Below, one piece after another: positions 47,164 through 57,679 of a DNA stretch of 64,000 bases. Each line of letters starts with the position of its first letter. Within the stretch, counting starts at the first letter, position 1. The stretch is from NCBI GenBank assembly GCA_028700975.1, contig JAQVRQ010000003.1, positions 2,175 through 66,174 on the forward strand, given 5' to 3'. The translations under genes were made by a program, and so were the position numbers. The notes under the pieces were generated by a model. It searched no databases and had not been told where the DNA came from. It saw nothing but the letters and a program-made list of their open reading frames with translations. This stretch comes from Bacteroidales bacterium. Its GTDB lineage: Bacteria > Bacteroidota > Bacteroidia > Bacteroidales > UBA932.

Positions 47164-50100
47164 TATCCTTTTTATCTCTCTTTTTTTTGCTTTTAAATAT
47201 TCTGTTGAAGAGCTCCTTAAATGTGTTAAATTCCTCCTGATAGACCAGACCGACTCCACTCCTCTGACTATTGTCAAGATAATTGGAGTATTGGTCTGCT
47301 GAGTGTGAGAATGCCTTTGCACGGAATCTTCCCTTTTCATCAAGTTTAATTTCAACATCAATATCACCAACAACGTTGCTGTTTTGATTCATATATTTAG
47401 CGCTTCCAATATTTCCGTTAACAATCACTCTATTATCAAAGAGTTGTGCAGATACAGCAGCATCAAATATATCTCGCCCATTCTGTCCCGGCTGATAGTT
47501 GAAGCTGAAGTCCAGCGGAATGTCCAACTGGTTGAAAATATTGTTGATTTGATTTGACAACACCTCTGTCGCATTTGAATAGAGTAGGGTGGAGTTGTTA
47601 ACGATACTAGATTGAATATCAGGTATAAAGCTACCAGACACAAGAAGCGACATTACCTGTTTAACAACTTTGTCTTCTGTGTTAAGTGCAGCATCAACTC
47701 TTGCTTTTGTTGCCGGGTCAATATCTGGGATATCTATTCCAAAACCGAGTCTTGGATTGAGTAACTCACCCTGCATTGAAATAGAGCACTCCACATTACG
47801 TCTGTTGCTAACTGAACTTGTATCTGCTATTAGAGTGTTTACAGAGGCTTTAGTATTATATATGGCCGTTAAATCTAGTCTTGTTTTGAGAATATCTCCG
47901 TTGAATGATAGATTACCTCCCTCTCTAATACTGAAATCTCTTTTAAAAATACCCTGGAGAACAAATGTGTAGAACCCTCTTTCAATTATGTAATCTCCGT
48001 GAACAGAAAAAATCTCTTTAGATGGATTTACATCAATATTAACAAGTCCATTGCCGTAACTTCTAATCACATCCCCAACAGATTTATCAATCTCAATAAG
48101 GAGTTCTGCCTCTGGGTTAACTCTTGTTCTAAGTTTTACCTCAAGTTCAGATGGAGATTTTTCAACAATATCCTTTTTTGGAGAGAGGTATCCATATTCA
48201 TTATAATATTCATTAGTGGTATCTCTAAGGGGAGGAGCAACAAAACTTAGGAGATTTGTACGTGATGCTACAGATGTATTTGGTAGTGGAATGTGAATTG
48301 ATGTATTTCTGTTTGTTGTAACAGAAATGTCCATAAGAATTTTCTTGATAGGTCCGGTTATTGATATGTTTCCTGTTCCGAATGCTAATCCGTAGAAATT
48401 ATCGTTATCTTTCTCTCCTGTATTTATACACTCCAGATTAGTAAAATCAATTCTTGTATCAAGAGTAATGTCTCTAAAATATGGGAAACTCAGTCCGCCA
48501 TTTACCCTTCCTGTATTTCCGGCTCTGTCTTTAATTACAGCATTTTCTGCAACCAATTTACTGTTTTCAATTGAGAATGGTCCATTTAATATGTAAGGTA
48601 CCTTTGTAAAAAGCACAGTGAATCCAACATTATTAAGCATTCCCCGGCTACTGGATAGAACTAGTTTATCCATACCTCCTTTAAGCTGTAGTAGGCCGGA
48701 TAGAGTACCGGAAGACTCTCCAATAATATCGTTAAGGAAAGGTTCAAAATATTTTATCGGGAGCCTGTCTAGATTAGCGCTTAAATCAAGATAGTTTTTT
48801 GAAGGAGATAAAATTCCTGTTGCGTAAAGAGGGATAGAGCCATCAATTGTTGACCTTGCCATAAGATTGAATTGCTGAAGAGGATTGTTCCACTCACTAT
48901 ACAATTCCAGTTTGCCAACCTCTGTTTCATTTACCTTTACACCCTCTCCATATATGTTAGCCAGAATTCTTGGTTCCGTGTATAAGGAGGTGATAGAAGC
49001 CTTTCCGGTGAAAAACCCTTCCAAGCCAAGATCATTATTTATAAAGTAGTTAAGAGGAGATATGTCAAAATTTGTCATATAGACAGAGAGGGAGTCTTTC
49101 TGAGTTGCTGAAATTCTGCCGTTAACCTCAAGCCTCTGATTATTATTTGAGACTCTAAATGATTCAAATCTGTACAGAGAGTCAGAGAGCTCTATGAATG
49201 ATTTGTCAAATGACCATTTTAAATCGTTAAAAAAGAGATGAGACGGATTAATGTTTACTCTAATCAGATTACCTTTCGCACTCTTATTTTTTTCGATGTC
49301 AATTTGAGATGAAAACTCCAAACTGTTTTTTAGTTTCGTATGGTTGTTAAAACTGATTGATAAATCAATTTTGTTTTCACTTCCCAAAGCATCTGCAGCA
49401 AACTCGTCTATCTCAATACCTCCTGATCTTATTTTATCAATCGTCAAAGTTGCTTGTAAATTTGTCTTGGCAGATAAAGCAGATATGGATATTTTGTTAC
49501 CAATATTTGACATATATCCGGCTGCATCTGAATTAAGTTTTAAATTGAGAGTGCCATCATTTGTTATGTCAATTTTCATTGTACTTCCGGGAGATATGAA
49601 AAATCCGGGAAGCGCTAGCTGAGTAATTGCTTTTGTATCATAAAAATGAACATCAAGATTATAATAACCGCTGTTTGGTAATTTCTCGAAGGATTTATCA
49701 ACCTGTTTTTGCTGTAGATTTGGAATATGCTTATAAAGAAGTTCATCTGCAACTCTTGTGATAAATCGATCAATAAAATGGTTCCCTCGATAGTTTGCAC
49801 TCATAAAATCGGAGGAGAGTGATGCCTCATACTGCTCTTGTTCTCTGTCTGAGTTTGATTTAACGAAGATGTCACCAATTTTGAAAACTCCGTTACTATT
49901 TCCATACTCCATATCTTTGACCTGAACGTCTCCCAAAATCTCTCCTGTTGTTTTCTGAGTGAACTTAGCAACAGTTCTAAAGCTTGTTGTTGAGATTGAA
50001 TCTCTTTTATCCAGGTTTAGATTGTAAAGATTTGCATACATTACATCAGCAAAAAAATCATAGTATGAGTCAGTTTTTGGAGACAAACCGATTATTCCTT

Positions 50101-51634
50101 GAAAAATGAAGTCAAGATTTGGATCGTGACAAATCACCATTCCATCAAATTTATCGTTCAAATAGCTTCCTGTAGCGTTAATGTTTGTGTATGAGTAGTT
50201 ATTGAACTCTACTTTTTTCACAGCAATACTATCTACATAAAATTCACTGCCACCTTTTGCCTCATCTTTAATAAGAGCAGTCATCGTACTATTAAAAGTT
50301 ACCTCACCGGGCTCTTTGCTGCCAATTAGGGAACCAACATTAAAATTATCTGCTTTTAGATTACCCTGCATATATAACCCACCCTTGTCATCATTACCTT
50401 TAAGCAGAACATCCATATAAATACTTCCAATATTTGTTATAATGTTTCCATTTGCAACAAAGTCGTCAAGCAAACCGGCGAGCCTTCCTTTAAAGTTATA
50501 TTTAACAAATGGCGATAATCTTTTAAAAAAACTAGAGGGTTTGCTCCCACTAATAGATGACACTATATGAGCAATATCATTTGAAGTTGTTGTACAATAT
50601 TCAACATCAACAAATGCCATTGTCTCATCTGGTTTTGGTAAACCTGATATACGCGCCTTTAAATCCAGGTATGTGAGACCAGATTGAGATGTAATCTTTA
50701 AATTATCTGTTTTAAGATTTGAGACCGGTCCGTTTACCAACCCATCAATGTAAAAACTAAGTTTATTCCGTGATAAAGAGGGAGCAAATTTTGAAAGAGT
50801 TATAAAATCAAGAAAGGACCTTTGAAAATTGGACTCCATCCTTACACTCTCTGTGAATGTGGAAAAATCTTTAAAGCTTTCAAAATTAAGTGAAAAATGG
50901 TCTGCATTCAACCTGGAATTGGCCTCTATGACCTCCAAATTTGACAATAATATCTCTTTTGCGTTTAACTTAAGCCCAGATTTTAAACTTATTATTTTAA
51001 AGCCACTTCTTTCACTAAATGAAATATTTCTAATTTCAGCGTATATGGTGTCTTTTTTTGCTTTTATACCTCTAATATGAATATCAATTTCGCTTAAAGA
51101 GAGGTCTGAAAAGTTAATCACCCCATCTTTTGTCTCAATTTGAGAGTAGGGATTATTTCTTGTAAACCTGAAATTATTTAATTTTACCTCACCGGCAATA
51201 AATTCGGGGAGTGAAAAAGTTGTTGTATCACTCTTATCACTCCCTAACTTAAATATTCTTGAGAGATTTGTTGTGCTATCTGTTTCATTTATAATATTAA
51301 AAACACCATTTGCAAGATGAAGCTTTTTGATAGTAAATTTTGAATTTATTACAAGATCTTTTGCAGAGATGGTAATTGAGAGTTTCTTGCTATTCACAAG
51401 GGTATCACTATCTGAATACAGAATGTGAAAATCATTAACAATAAGTTTGTTGAAAAAAATATAATATACTTTGCCTATTGCTACATCTGTACCAAGCTTT
51501 TCCGATAGTGTTGACGCTGCTTTTCTTGCAGTAAATGTTTGAATGGCGGGTATTTGAAGAGCAACATAAGCAGCGACCGGTGCGAGGGCCACCAGGAATA
51601 GCAATGCAGTTAGTATTTTTTTAAAAATTCTGAT
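47156..51634 (-). CDS. tamB: Translocation and assembly module TamB (AsmA-like/DUF490)
   Basis: About 1,490 aa; N-terminal TM plus PAIQT; beta-rich body; DUF490-like C-terminus (GDIDVEIKL...GVGLVYQEEF). Start uncertain: the ORF track uses TTG 51703, I propose ATC 51634. Confidence 0.88.
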   Translation of the reverse strand: MRIFKKILTALLFLVALAPVAAYVALQIPAIQTFTARKAASTLSEKLGTDVAIGKVYYIFFNKLIVNDFHILYSDSDTLVNSKKLSITISAKDLVINSKFTIKKLHLANGVFNIINETDSTTNLSRIFKLGSDKSDTTTFSLPEFIAGEVKLNNFRFTRNNPYSQIETKDGVINFSDLSLSEIDIHIRGIKAKKDTIYAEIRNISFSERSGFKIISLKSGLKLNAKEILLSNLEVIEANSRLNADHFSLNFESFKDFSTFTESVRMESNFQRSFLDFITLSKFAPSLSRNKLSFYIDGLVNGPVSNLKTDNLKITSQSGLTYLDLKARISGLPKPDETMAFVDVEYCTTTSNDIAHIVSSISGSKPSSFFKRLSPFVKYNFKGRLAGLLDDFVANGNIITNIGSIYMDVLLKGNDDKGGLYMQGNLKADNFNVGSLIGSKEPGEVTFNSTMTALIKDEAKGGSEFYVDSIAVKKVEFNNYSYTNINATGSYLNDKFDGMVICHDPNLDFIFQGIIGLSPKTDSYYDFFADVMYANLYNLNLDKRDSISTTSFRTVAKFTQKTTGEILGDVQVKDMEYGNSNGVFKIGDIFVKSNSDREQEQYEASLSSDFMSANYRGNHFIDRFITRVADELLYKHIPNLQQKQVDKSFEKLPNSGYYNLDVHFYDTKAITQLALPGFFISPGSTMKIDITNDGTLNLKLNSDAAGYMSNIGNKISISALSAKTNLQATLTIDKIRSGGIEIDEFAADALGSENKIDLSISFNNHTKLKNSLEFSSQIDIEKNKSAKGNLIRVNINPSHLFFNDLKWSFDKSFIELSDSLYRFESFRVSNNNQRLEVNGRISATQKDSLSVYMTNFDISPLNYFINNDLGLEGFFTGKASITSLYTEPRILANIYGEGVKVNETEVGKLELYSEWNNPLQQFNLMARSTIDGSIPLYATGILSPSKNYLDLSANLDRLPIKYFEPFLNDIIGESSGTLSGLLQLKGGMDKLVLSSSRGMLNNVGFTVLFTKVPYILNGPFSIENSKLVAENAVIKDRAGNTGRVNGGLSFPYFRDITLDTRIDFTNLECINTGEKDNDNFYGLAFGTGNISITGPIKKILMDISVTTNRNTSIHIPLPNTSVASRTNLLSFVAPPLRDTTNEYYNEYGYLSPKKDIVEKSPSELEVKLRTRVNPEAELLIEIDKSVGDVIRSYGNGLVNIDVNPSKEIFSVHGDYIIERGFYTFVLQGIFKRDFSIREGGNLSFNGDILKTRLDLTAIYNTKASVNTLIADTSSVSNRRNVECSISMQGELLNPRLGFGIDIPDIDPATKARVDAALNTEDKVVKQVMSLLVSGSFIPDIQSSIVNNSTLLYSNATEVLSNQINNIFNQLDIPLDFSFNYQPGQNGRDIFDAAVSAQLFDNRVIVNGNIGSAKYMNQNSNVVGDIDVEIKLDEKGRFRAKAFSHSADQYSNYLDNSQRSGVGLVYQEEFNTFKELFNRIFKSKKKRDKKDIK

Positions 51635-51720
51635 ACTCTCTCCTTTTGCGCAAAAATAAACAAATATATCAAGGAGTTTGTTAAAAAAACACCAATTTTG
51701 CAAACTATTAAATTTTGAAA

Positions 51721-52749
51721 ATGAGCATTACCATTTTAGGGATAGAATCTTCTTGTGATGATACTTCAGCTGCTGTAATAAGGGACGAGTATCTATTGTC
51801 AAACGTAATGTCCAATCAGGATGTTCATATGAAATATGGAGGAGTTGTTCCCGAGCTAGCTTCAAGAGCACATCAGCAAAATATTCTGCCTGTTGTGGAC
51901 AGGGCTCTTAAATTAGCAGGAGTCTCTCTTATTGATATTGATGCCATTGCATTTACAAGAGGACCCGGACTTTTGGGTTCTTTACTTGTTGGGACATCTT
52001 TTACAAAGGGTCTATCAATAGCTACTGGAAAACCAATGGTGGATGTTAATCATCTTCAGGGTCATATACTTTCACACTTTATAAAGGTTCCGGAAAAGGA
52101 GATCAATATTCAACCTGCATTTCCATATCTATCGCTTTTAGTCTCTGGAGGTCATACACAAATTGTAAGGGTTGATAGCCATTCATCATTTACAGTTATT
52201 GGTGAGACTATTGACGATGCTGTAGGAGAGGCATTTGACAAATGTGCAAAAATTATGGGCTTGGGTTATCCAGGTGGTCCTGTTGTTGACAAGTTGGCTA
52301 AAGAGGGGAATAAAAACGCCTTTAAATTTGCTAAACCCAGAGTTGAGGGGCTGAACTATAGCTTTAGCGGTGTTAAGACATCTCTTCTCTATTTTTTAAG
52401 GGATAGGGTTGCTGAGAACGAATCATTTATTGAGGAGAATAAAAATGATTTGTGTGCATCATTTCAAAGTACATTAATTGAGATACTTATGGAGAAGCTT
52501 GTAAAGGCTTCAAAAATAACAGGAATAAATGAGATTACCATTGCAGGTGGTGTCTCTGCAAATTCAGGTTTAAGAGATAGAGTTGTTCTTGAAGGAGAGG
52601 AGAGAGGCTGGAGAACACACATTCCTGAATTTAGATTTACGACAGATAATGCAGCGATGATTGCAATTGCCGGGTATTACAAATTCCTCTCCGGATACAA
52701 ATCCTCTTTTGACATAGTACCGGTTTCACGGTCAATGGATTATCTCTAA
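51721..52749 (+). CDS. tsaD: tRNA N6-adenosine threonylcarbamoyltransferase TsaD
   Basis: LGIESSCDDT, GGVVPELASRAH, HLQGH, SGGHT, DDAVGEAFDK, TDNAAMI motifs. Confidence 0.96.
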   Translation: MSITILGIESSCDDTSAAVIRDEYLLSNVMSNQDVHMKYGGVVPELASRAHQQNILPVVDRALKLAGVSLIDIDAIAFTRGPGLLGSLLVGTSFTKGLSIATGKPMVDVNHLQGHILSHFIKVPEKEINIQPAFPYLSLLVSGGHTQIVRVDSHSSFTVIGETIDDAVGEAFDKCAKIMGLGYPGGPVVDKLAKEGNKNAFKFAKPRVEGLNYSFSGVKTSLLYFLRDRVAENESFIEENKNDLCASFQSTLIEILMEKLVKASKITGINEITIAGGVSANSGLRDRVVLEGEERGWRTHIPEFRFTTDNAAMIAIAGYYKFLSGYKSSFDIVPVSRSMDYL

Positions 52750-52759
52750 GTCCTTCTTT

Positions 52760-52788
52760 ATGTAAGGTTTGCCCCTTATGTTTTTTTT
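52760..52788 (+). terminator. Weak intrinsic terminator after tsaD
   Basis: ATGTAAGG/CCTTATGT stem (two G-U pairs) running into a T-tract. Confidence 0.5.
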
Positions 52789-52832
52789 GACAAAGTAGAT
52801 TGCAAGTTGTTTTGAATATTCAATTTTTAAAT

Positions 52833-52840
52833 TATCTTTG
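52833..52840 (+). promoter_or_regulatory. -7 element (TATCTTTG) for susC/susD
   Basis: TAnnTTTG with an upstream TTTG at about -33. Confidence 0.65.
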
Positions 52841-52888
52841 TCTCCGTTGATGAAAAAAACTTATTAACTAACACCTAAAATTTCATTC

Positions 52889-55800
52889 ATGAAAAGAACT
52901 TTTATGCTTTTCATTGGACTGTTATTTGCTTTTCAAGGCATTTTTGCTCAGAATAGTCGAATTTCAGGCACAGTGACAGAAAAGGGGACAGGAACCCCTC
53001 TTCCATTCGTGGGAGTACAGGTAAAAGGGACTACAACAGGGGCCACTACATCAGAGAATGGCACCTTTGTACTCAATGCACCTAGTACCGGCACACTTGT
53101 ATTTACCTTTATTGGTTATAAAACAATTGAGGTACAGATTGCAGGTCGTGCAGTTATCAATGTTGAACTGGAACAGGATGCACTAGCTCTTGATGAGGTG
53201 GTTATGGTAGCCTATGGTACTGCAAAAAAATCCAGTGTTACAGGTTCAATTGCATCTGTAAATGCGGCAAGCATTGAGAAGCGTCCTGTGACAAACGCAC
53301 TCGCTGCCCTTTCTGGAACATCTGCAGGTGTGCAGGTGAACACTGCTTACGGACAGCCGGGTTCAGACCCAACTATTCGTATTCGTGGTTTTGGATCCGT
53401 AAACTACTCATCAGCTCCACTTATCGTTCTTGATGGTGCACCTTACAACGGAGCTATGGCAAACATTAACCCGGCAGATATTGAATCTATCAATATACTT
53501 AAGGATGCAGCTTCAACTGCTCTTTATGGATCAAGAGGATCAAATGGCGTTGTAATGATTACAACAAAGAAGGGTAAGAAGGAGAAACTAAACATCAGTG
53601 CAACTGTAACTCAGGGATTCTCACAAAGAGGTCTTCCTGAATATGACAGATTGGATGCTAACCAGTATTATCCAGTTATGTGGGAGTCATTAAGGAACTC
53701 ACTGATCACATCATCCAGAGGAATTGCAGACGCAAGTATTTTGGCATCCGGAACCACTTCAAATGGTATTGTCTCAAACTTGGGTTACAATCCATTTAGA
53801 GGGATAGCAAATGGTGATGTTATTCAATACGATGCTAATTTTAATCCTCAGCTTAATCCAAATGCGACCTCGCTACTTTGGGCAGATGACCTTGACTGGT
53901 ATTCACCTGTTGAACGTCTTGGTAATAGGACTGAGGCAATGGTAAGTGCAAACGGAGGAAGCGAGACTGCAGATTATTATATGTCTGTAGGACTTACTCA
54001 GGATGCAGGTTGGCTAAAAAAGACAAATTATGATCGTATTTCAGCCAGAGCAAATGTAAACTTCACTCCAAGAAAATGGGTTACATTTGGCATTAATCTG
54101 AATGCTTCATATAATAACTCATCTTCTGCAAATACAGATAGTGATACCGGTTATGCGAACCCTATCTATTTTGCCAGAAATATGGGTCCTATTTATCCGG
54201 TATATCAACACGACCGTATAACTGGTGACTACATTCTTAATGATCAAGGTGAGAGGCTTTGGGACTTAGGAGCTGCCACTTCACAAGGTGGAGTCTCTTT
54301 TGGAGCAAGAACACAAAACAACGGACGTCACGGTATTGCCGAGCATATGTTAAATACTATTAATTTTGAGAGAAATACAATCCAGTCGAGAGCATTTGCT
54401 GAGTTTGCTTTCCTTAAAGATTTTAAGTTCAGAGTTAACTATGCATTTGACATTAATAACTATACTCTCTCTACATATGAAAACTCATTAGTAGGGGATG
54501 GAGCTCCTCAGGGACGTTCAAGAAAAGAGCAATCAACCAGGTATACCAGAACAAACCAGCAGATTCTTACATATGAGAAGAACTTTGGTAAGCACGACCT
54601 GAACGTAATGGCTGCTCACGAATCTTATCACAATCAGTATAGTGAAATTTATGGTTTCCGTCAGGGCGAGATCATCCCGGGAAATACAGAGCTAATTAAC
54701 TTTACTACTACAAATAGCTTATACTCATTCCTTGATAATCACAAAGTTGAAGGTTGGCTTGCGAGAGCTACTTACTCTTTTGATAATGGCAGATATACAG
54801 CTGAAGCTTCATACAGAAGAGATGGTTCATCAAAATTCAGTCAGCCTATGAGATGGGGTAATTTTTGGTCAGTAGGCGGAGGTTGGAGAATCGATCGTGA
54901 AACCTTTATGGCTTCACAGAACTGGATTGACTTCCTGAAGCTTCGTGCATCTTATGGACTTAATGGAAATGATGGTGGAATTAGCTACTACGCTTGGCAG
55001 GTTCTGTATGACTACAGAAACAACTCTTCTGAGCCTGGTTTTATCCAGTCAACTGTTCCGGGTAACCCAAATCTTAAATGGGAGACTACAGTTCAGACAG
55101 ATATTGGATTAGAATTTAACCTGTTTGGAAATAAATTAAGAGGTTCAATTGATTGGTTTAACAAGCAGTCTAAGGATTTGATCTACTCTGTAGCTCTTTC
55201 ACCTTCAACTGGCTATACTTCTCAAAACAGGAACGTTGGTAATCTGTTTAATAGAGGATGGGAGTTGGATGTAACCGGAGTTGTTTACTCGACTAAGAAT
55301 TTTGAAGCAGCCCTTAATATCAACGCAACAACTTATAAAAATCAGATAACTAAACTTCCTGAAGAGAACAGAGAGAATGGTATAATCTCCGGCAACTTCA
55401 GAAGAGTTGAAGGAGGTTCAATTTATGATTTCTGGCTCCGTCAGTGGTATGGTGTTGATCCTGATAATGGTAATGCACTTTACATATTTGATGAAGAGAA
55501 CCAAACTTGGGCAGATACAGATTGCAAGACCCTTCCTAACGGAACTAAGGTGACTTCAAATCAGGCAAAAGCTAAATATGATTGGTCTGGAACAAGTATT
55601 CCTAAACTATTTGGTGCTTTTACTCCATCTTTCAAAATTTTTGGTGTTGAAGTATCAGTTCAGTTTAACTACTCTATAGGTGGTAAAGCTTATGATTACA
55701 GCTGGGCATCACTTATGTCTACCGGAGGATTCGGAGCAGCTAAGGCAGTTGAAATTCTTGACAGATGGACAACTCCAGGTCAGGTTACTAATGTTCCAAG

Positions 55801-56083
55801 AATGGATAACTCAAAGACATCTGCTTTTAATGCTGTATCATCAAGATGGCTTGTTGATGCATCTTACCTTGCTATCCGCAACGTAAATATTTCATACAAT
55901 TTTGGGGGCAATGTTCTTAAGAGTCTTAATTTAAAGGGGCTTAGAGCTTATATCTCTGCAGAAAATCTTGCTCTTTTCTCTGCACGTAAGGGAATGAACC
56001 CATCTCAGAGCTTCAACGGAAGTGTATTCAACGATGTTGGATTCAACCGTACAGTAACTTTGGGTGTTAATGTTAACTTCTAA
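52889..56083 (+). CDS. susC: SusC/RagA-family TonB-dependent outer-membrane transporter
   Basis: CarboxypepD-like N-domain, LDEVVMVAYG, LKDAASTALYGSRGSNGVV, RRDGSSKF, NPNLKWE, terminal Phe. Confidence 0.95.
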   Translation: MKRTFMLFIGLLFAFQGIFAQNSRISGTVTEKGTGTPLPFVGVQVKGTTTGATTSENGTFVLNAPSTGTLVFTFIGYKTIEVQIAGRAVINVELEQDALALDEVVMVAYGTAKKSSVTGSIASVNAASIEKRPVTNALAALSGTSAGVQVNTAYGQPGSDPTIRIRGFGSVNYSSAPLIVLDGAPYNGAMANINPADIESINILKDAASTALYGSRGSNGVVMITTKKGKKEKLNISATVTQGFSQRGLPEYDRLDANQYYPVMWESLRNSLITSSRGIADASILASGTTSNGIVSNLGYNPFRGIANGDVIQYDANFNPQLNPNATSLLWADDLDWYSPVERLGNRTEAMVSANGGSETADYYMSVGLTQDAGWLKKTNYDRISARANVNFTPRKWVTFGINLNASYNNSSSANTDSDTGYANPIYFARNMGPIYPVYQHDRITGDYILNDQGERLWDLGAATSQGGVSFGARTQNNGRHGIAEHMLNTINFERNTIQSRAFAEFAFLKDFKFRVNYAFDINNYTLSTYENSLVGDGAPQGRSRKEQSTRYTRTNQQILTYEKNFGKHDLNVMAAHESYHNQYSEIYGFRQGEIIPGNTELINFTTTNSLYSFLDNHKVEGWLARATYSFDNGRYTAEASYRRDGSSKFSQPMRWGNFWSVGGGWRIDRETFMASQNWIDFLKLRASYGLNGNDGGISYYAWQVLYDYRNNSSEPGFIQSTVPGNPNLKWETTVQTDIGLEFNLFGNKLRGSIDWFNKQSKDLIYSVALSPSTGYTSQNRNVGNLFNRGWELDVTGVVYSTKNFEAALNINATTYKNQITKLPEENRENGIISGNFRRVEGGSIYDFWLRQWYGVDPDNGNALYIFDEENQTWADTDCKTLPNGTKVTSNQAKAKYDWSGTSIPKLFGAFTPSFKIFGVEVSVQFNYSIGGKAYDYSWASLMSTGGFGAAKAVEILDRWTTPGQVTNVPRMDNSKTSAFNAVSSRWLVDASYLAIRNVNISYNFGGNVLKSLNLKGLRAYISAENLALFSARKGMNPSQSFNGSVFNDVGFNRTVTLGVNVNF

Positions 56084-56097
56084 ATCAGCTTATAGTG

Positions 56098-57600
56098 ATG
56101 AAAAAAATTAAACTTTATATATTGGCTTTAGCTGCAGGGTTACTGTTGGTACCTCAGTCCTGCTCTAAGGAGTTCCTTGAGACAGCTCCAACAGATCAGC
56201 TCTCTGGTAATTTGGTATTCAGCTCCATTCCTGGAGCGTGGGGAGCATTGAATGGAGTTCACAGAAGTATGTACATTCAGTACAATAGTTCACAAGCCCA
56301 CGGCGGAATGGCCGGAATGTATCTTTACATTGATATGCTAGGTACAGATGTGATTTTTAACACAACTGCAAATGGTTGGTTTAGAAGTGCATATCAGTGG
56401 GTTGATCACAGAAATGATAGGTCAAATATGGTTCTTTACTGGACTAATATCTACAGACTTGTGAGCAATATTAATCAGATAATAACTCAAATTGATGATG
56501 TTGCAGGTGCAGAGTCAGACAAGAGAGCTATTAAGGGTCAAGCATTGGCTTACAGAGCTTGGGCTCACTTTATGCTTGTACAGCTTTATGCTGAAAGATA
56601 TGCTCCCGGTACTGCTAACAGCCAGCCAGGTGTTCCGTATATGGAGAGTATAACATTTGATGGTCAAGTTAGAAATAGTGTTGCAGATGTTTATAGTAAA
56701 ATCAATGCAGATTTAACCGAAGCAATAACTTTGTTAGATGGTTATAACAGAGCGAATAAATCGCATCTGAATAAATCCGTAGCTTTGGCAATTCAGGCGC
56801 AGGTTGCTCTTGTTCAAGGAAATTGGGCTCAGGCTGCTACATCAGCAAATGCTGCTAGACAAGGTTATAGCTTTATGACAGCGGATCAGCATCTTGAAGG
56901 TTATAATAAACAGAACAATCCTGAGAACTTATGGGCATCCTATGTTCAGGAGGATCAGACGATGTATTTCTACTCCTTCTACGCATATATGTCTCATAAC
57001 TTTAATTCAACTGCTATTCGTCAGAGTCCAAAATCTATCAACAAAGAGTTGTATGATATGATATCTACAACAGATATTCGTAAAGGTTTTTGGTATCCTA
57101 ATGCAGTTGCGGATAAACAGCCGTTTGTACAGTCAAATGGTGTTAGATTTAATTATATGAACTCTAAATTCCAATCTGTAGCAACTTCAGATAGTCGTGG
57201 AGATTTTCCTTGGATTAGGGTTGCTGAGATGTATCTTATAGAGGCTGAGGCTTTGGCCAGACAGGCTGGTAAAGAGGATCAGGCAAGAGAGGTATTGTTC
57301 CTACTTGCTAACAACAGAGATCCTCAATACACACTTTCAACAAATAGTGGCCAAGATTTGATTGACGAAATTCTGGTTCAGAGAAGAGTTGAGCTTTGGG
57401 GTGAAGGAAGAAACTGGACAGATCTTAAGAGATTAAACCTTCCATTAGAGCGCCCTACAGGTCCAAATGCTGGACAGGGTCTTCACGTTGAATCATATGC
57501 TATTAAGATTAGTGAACCGGCTGGTACAAAGAACTGGTTATGGATGATACCTAAAGCAGAGACAGATACAAATAAGGAACTTGAGCAGAATCCGGTTTAA
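56098..57600 (+). CDS. susD: SusD/RagB-family lipoprotein
   Basis: Lipobox PQSC, RAWAHF, RVAEMYLIEAEA, RRVELWGEG..W.DLKR, terminal QNP. Confidence 0.94.
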   Translation: MKKIKLYILALAAGLLLVPQSCSKEFLETAPTDQLSGNLVFSSIPGAWGALNGVHRSMYIQYNSSQAHGGMAGMYLYIDMLGTDVIFNTTANGWFRSAYQWVDHRNDRSNMVLYWTNIYRLVSNINQIITQIDDVAGAESDKRAIKGQALAYRAWAHFMLVQLYAERYAPGTANSQPGVPYMESITFDGQVRNSVADVYSKINADLTEAITLLDGYNRANKSHLNKSVALAIQAQVALVQGNWAQAATSANAARQGYSFMTADQHLEGYNKQNNPENLWASYVQEDQTMYFYSFYAYMSHNFNSTAIRQSPKSINKELYDMISTTDIRKGFWYPNAVADKQPFVQSNGVRFNYMNSKFQSVATSDSRGDFPWIRVAEMYLIEAEALARQAGKEDQAREVLFLLANNRDPQYTLSTNSGQDLIDEILVQRRVELWGEGRNWTDLKRLNLPLERPTGPNAGQGLHVESYAIKISEPAGTKNWLWMIPKAETDTNKELEQNPV

Positions 57601-57621
57601 CCGAATATTCTAAGTATAAAT

Positions 57622-57659
57622 AAAAAGAGGATGGCAGAATGTCATCCTCTTTTATTTTG
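57622..57659. terminator. Bidirectional intrinsic terminator between susD and slyD
   Basis: AAAAGAGGATGGCA-GAA-TGTCATCCTCTTTT stem with A/T tracts on both sides. Confidence 0.88.
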
Positions 57660-57679
57660 TACAAATCTTGTTATATGAA

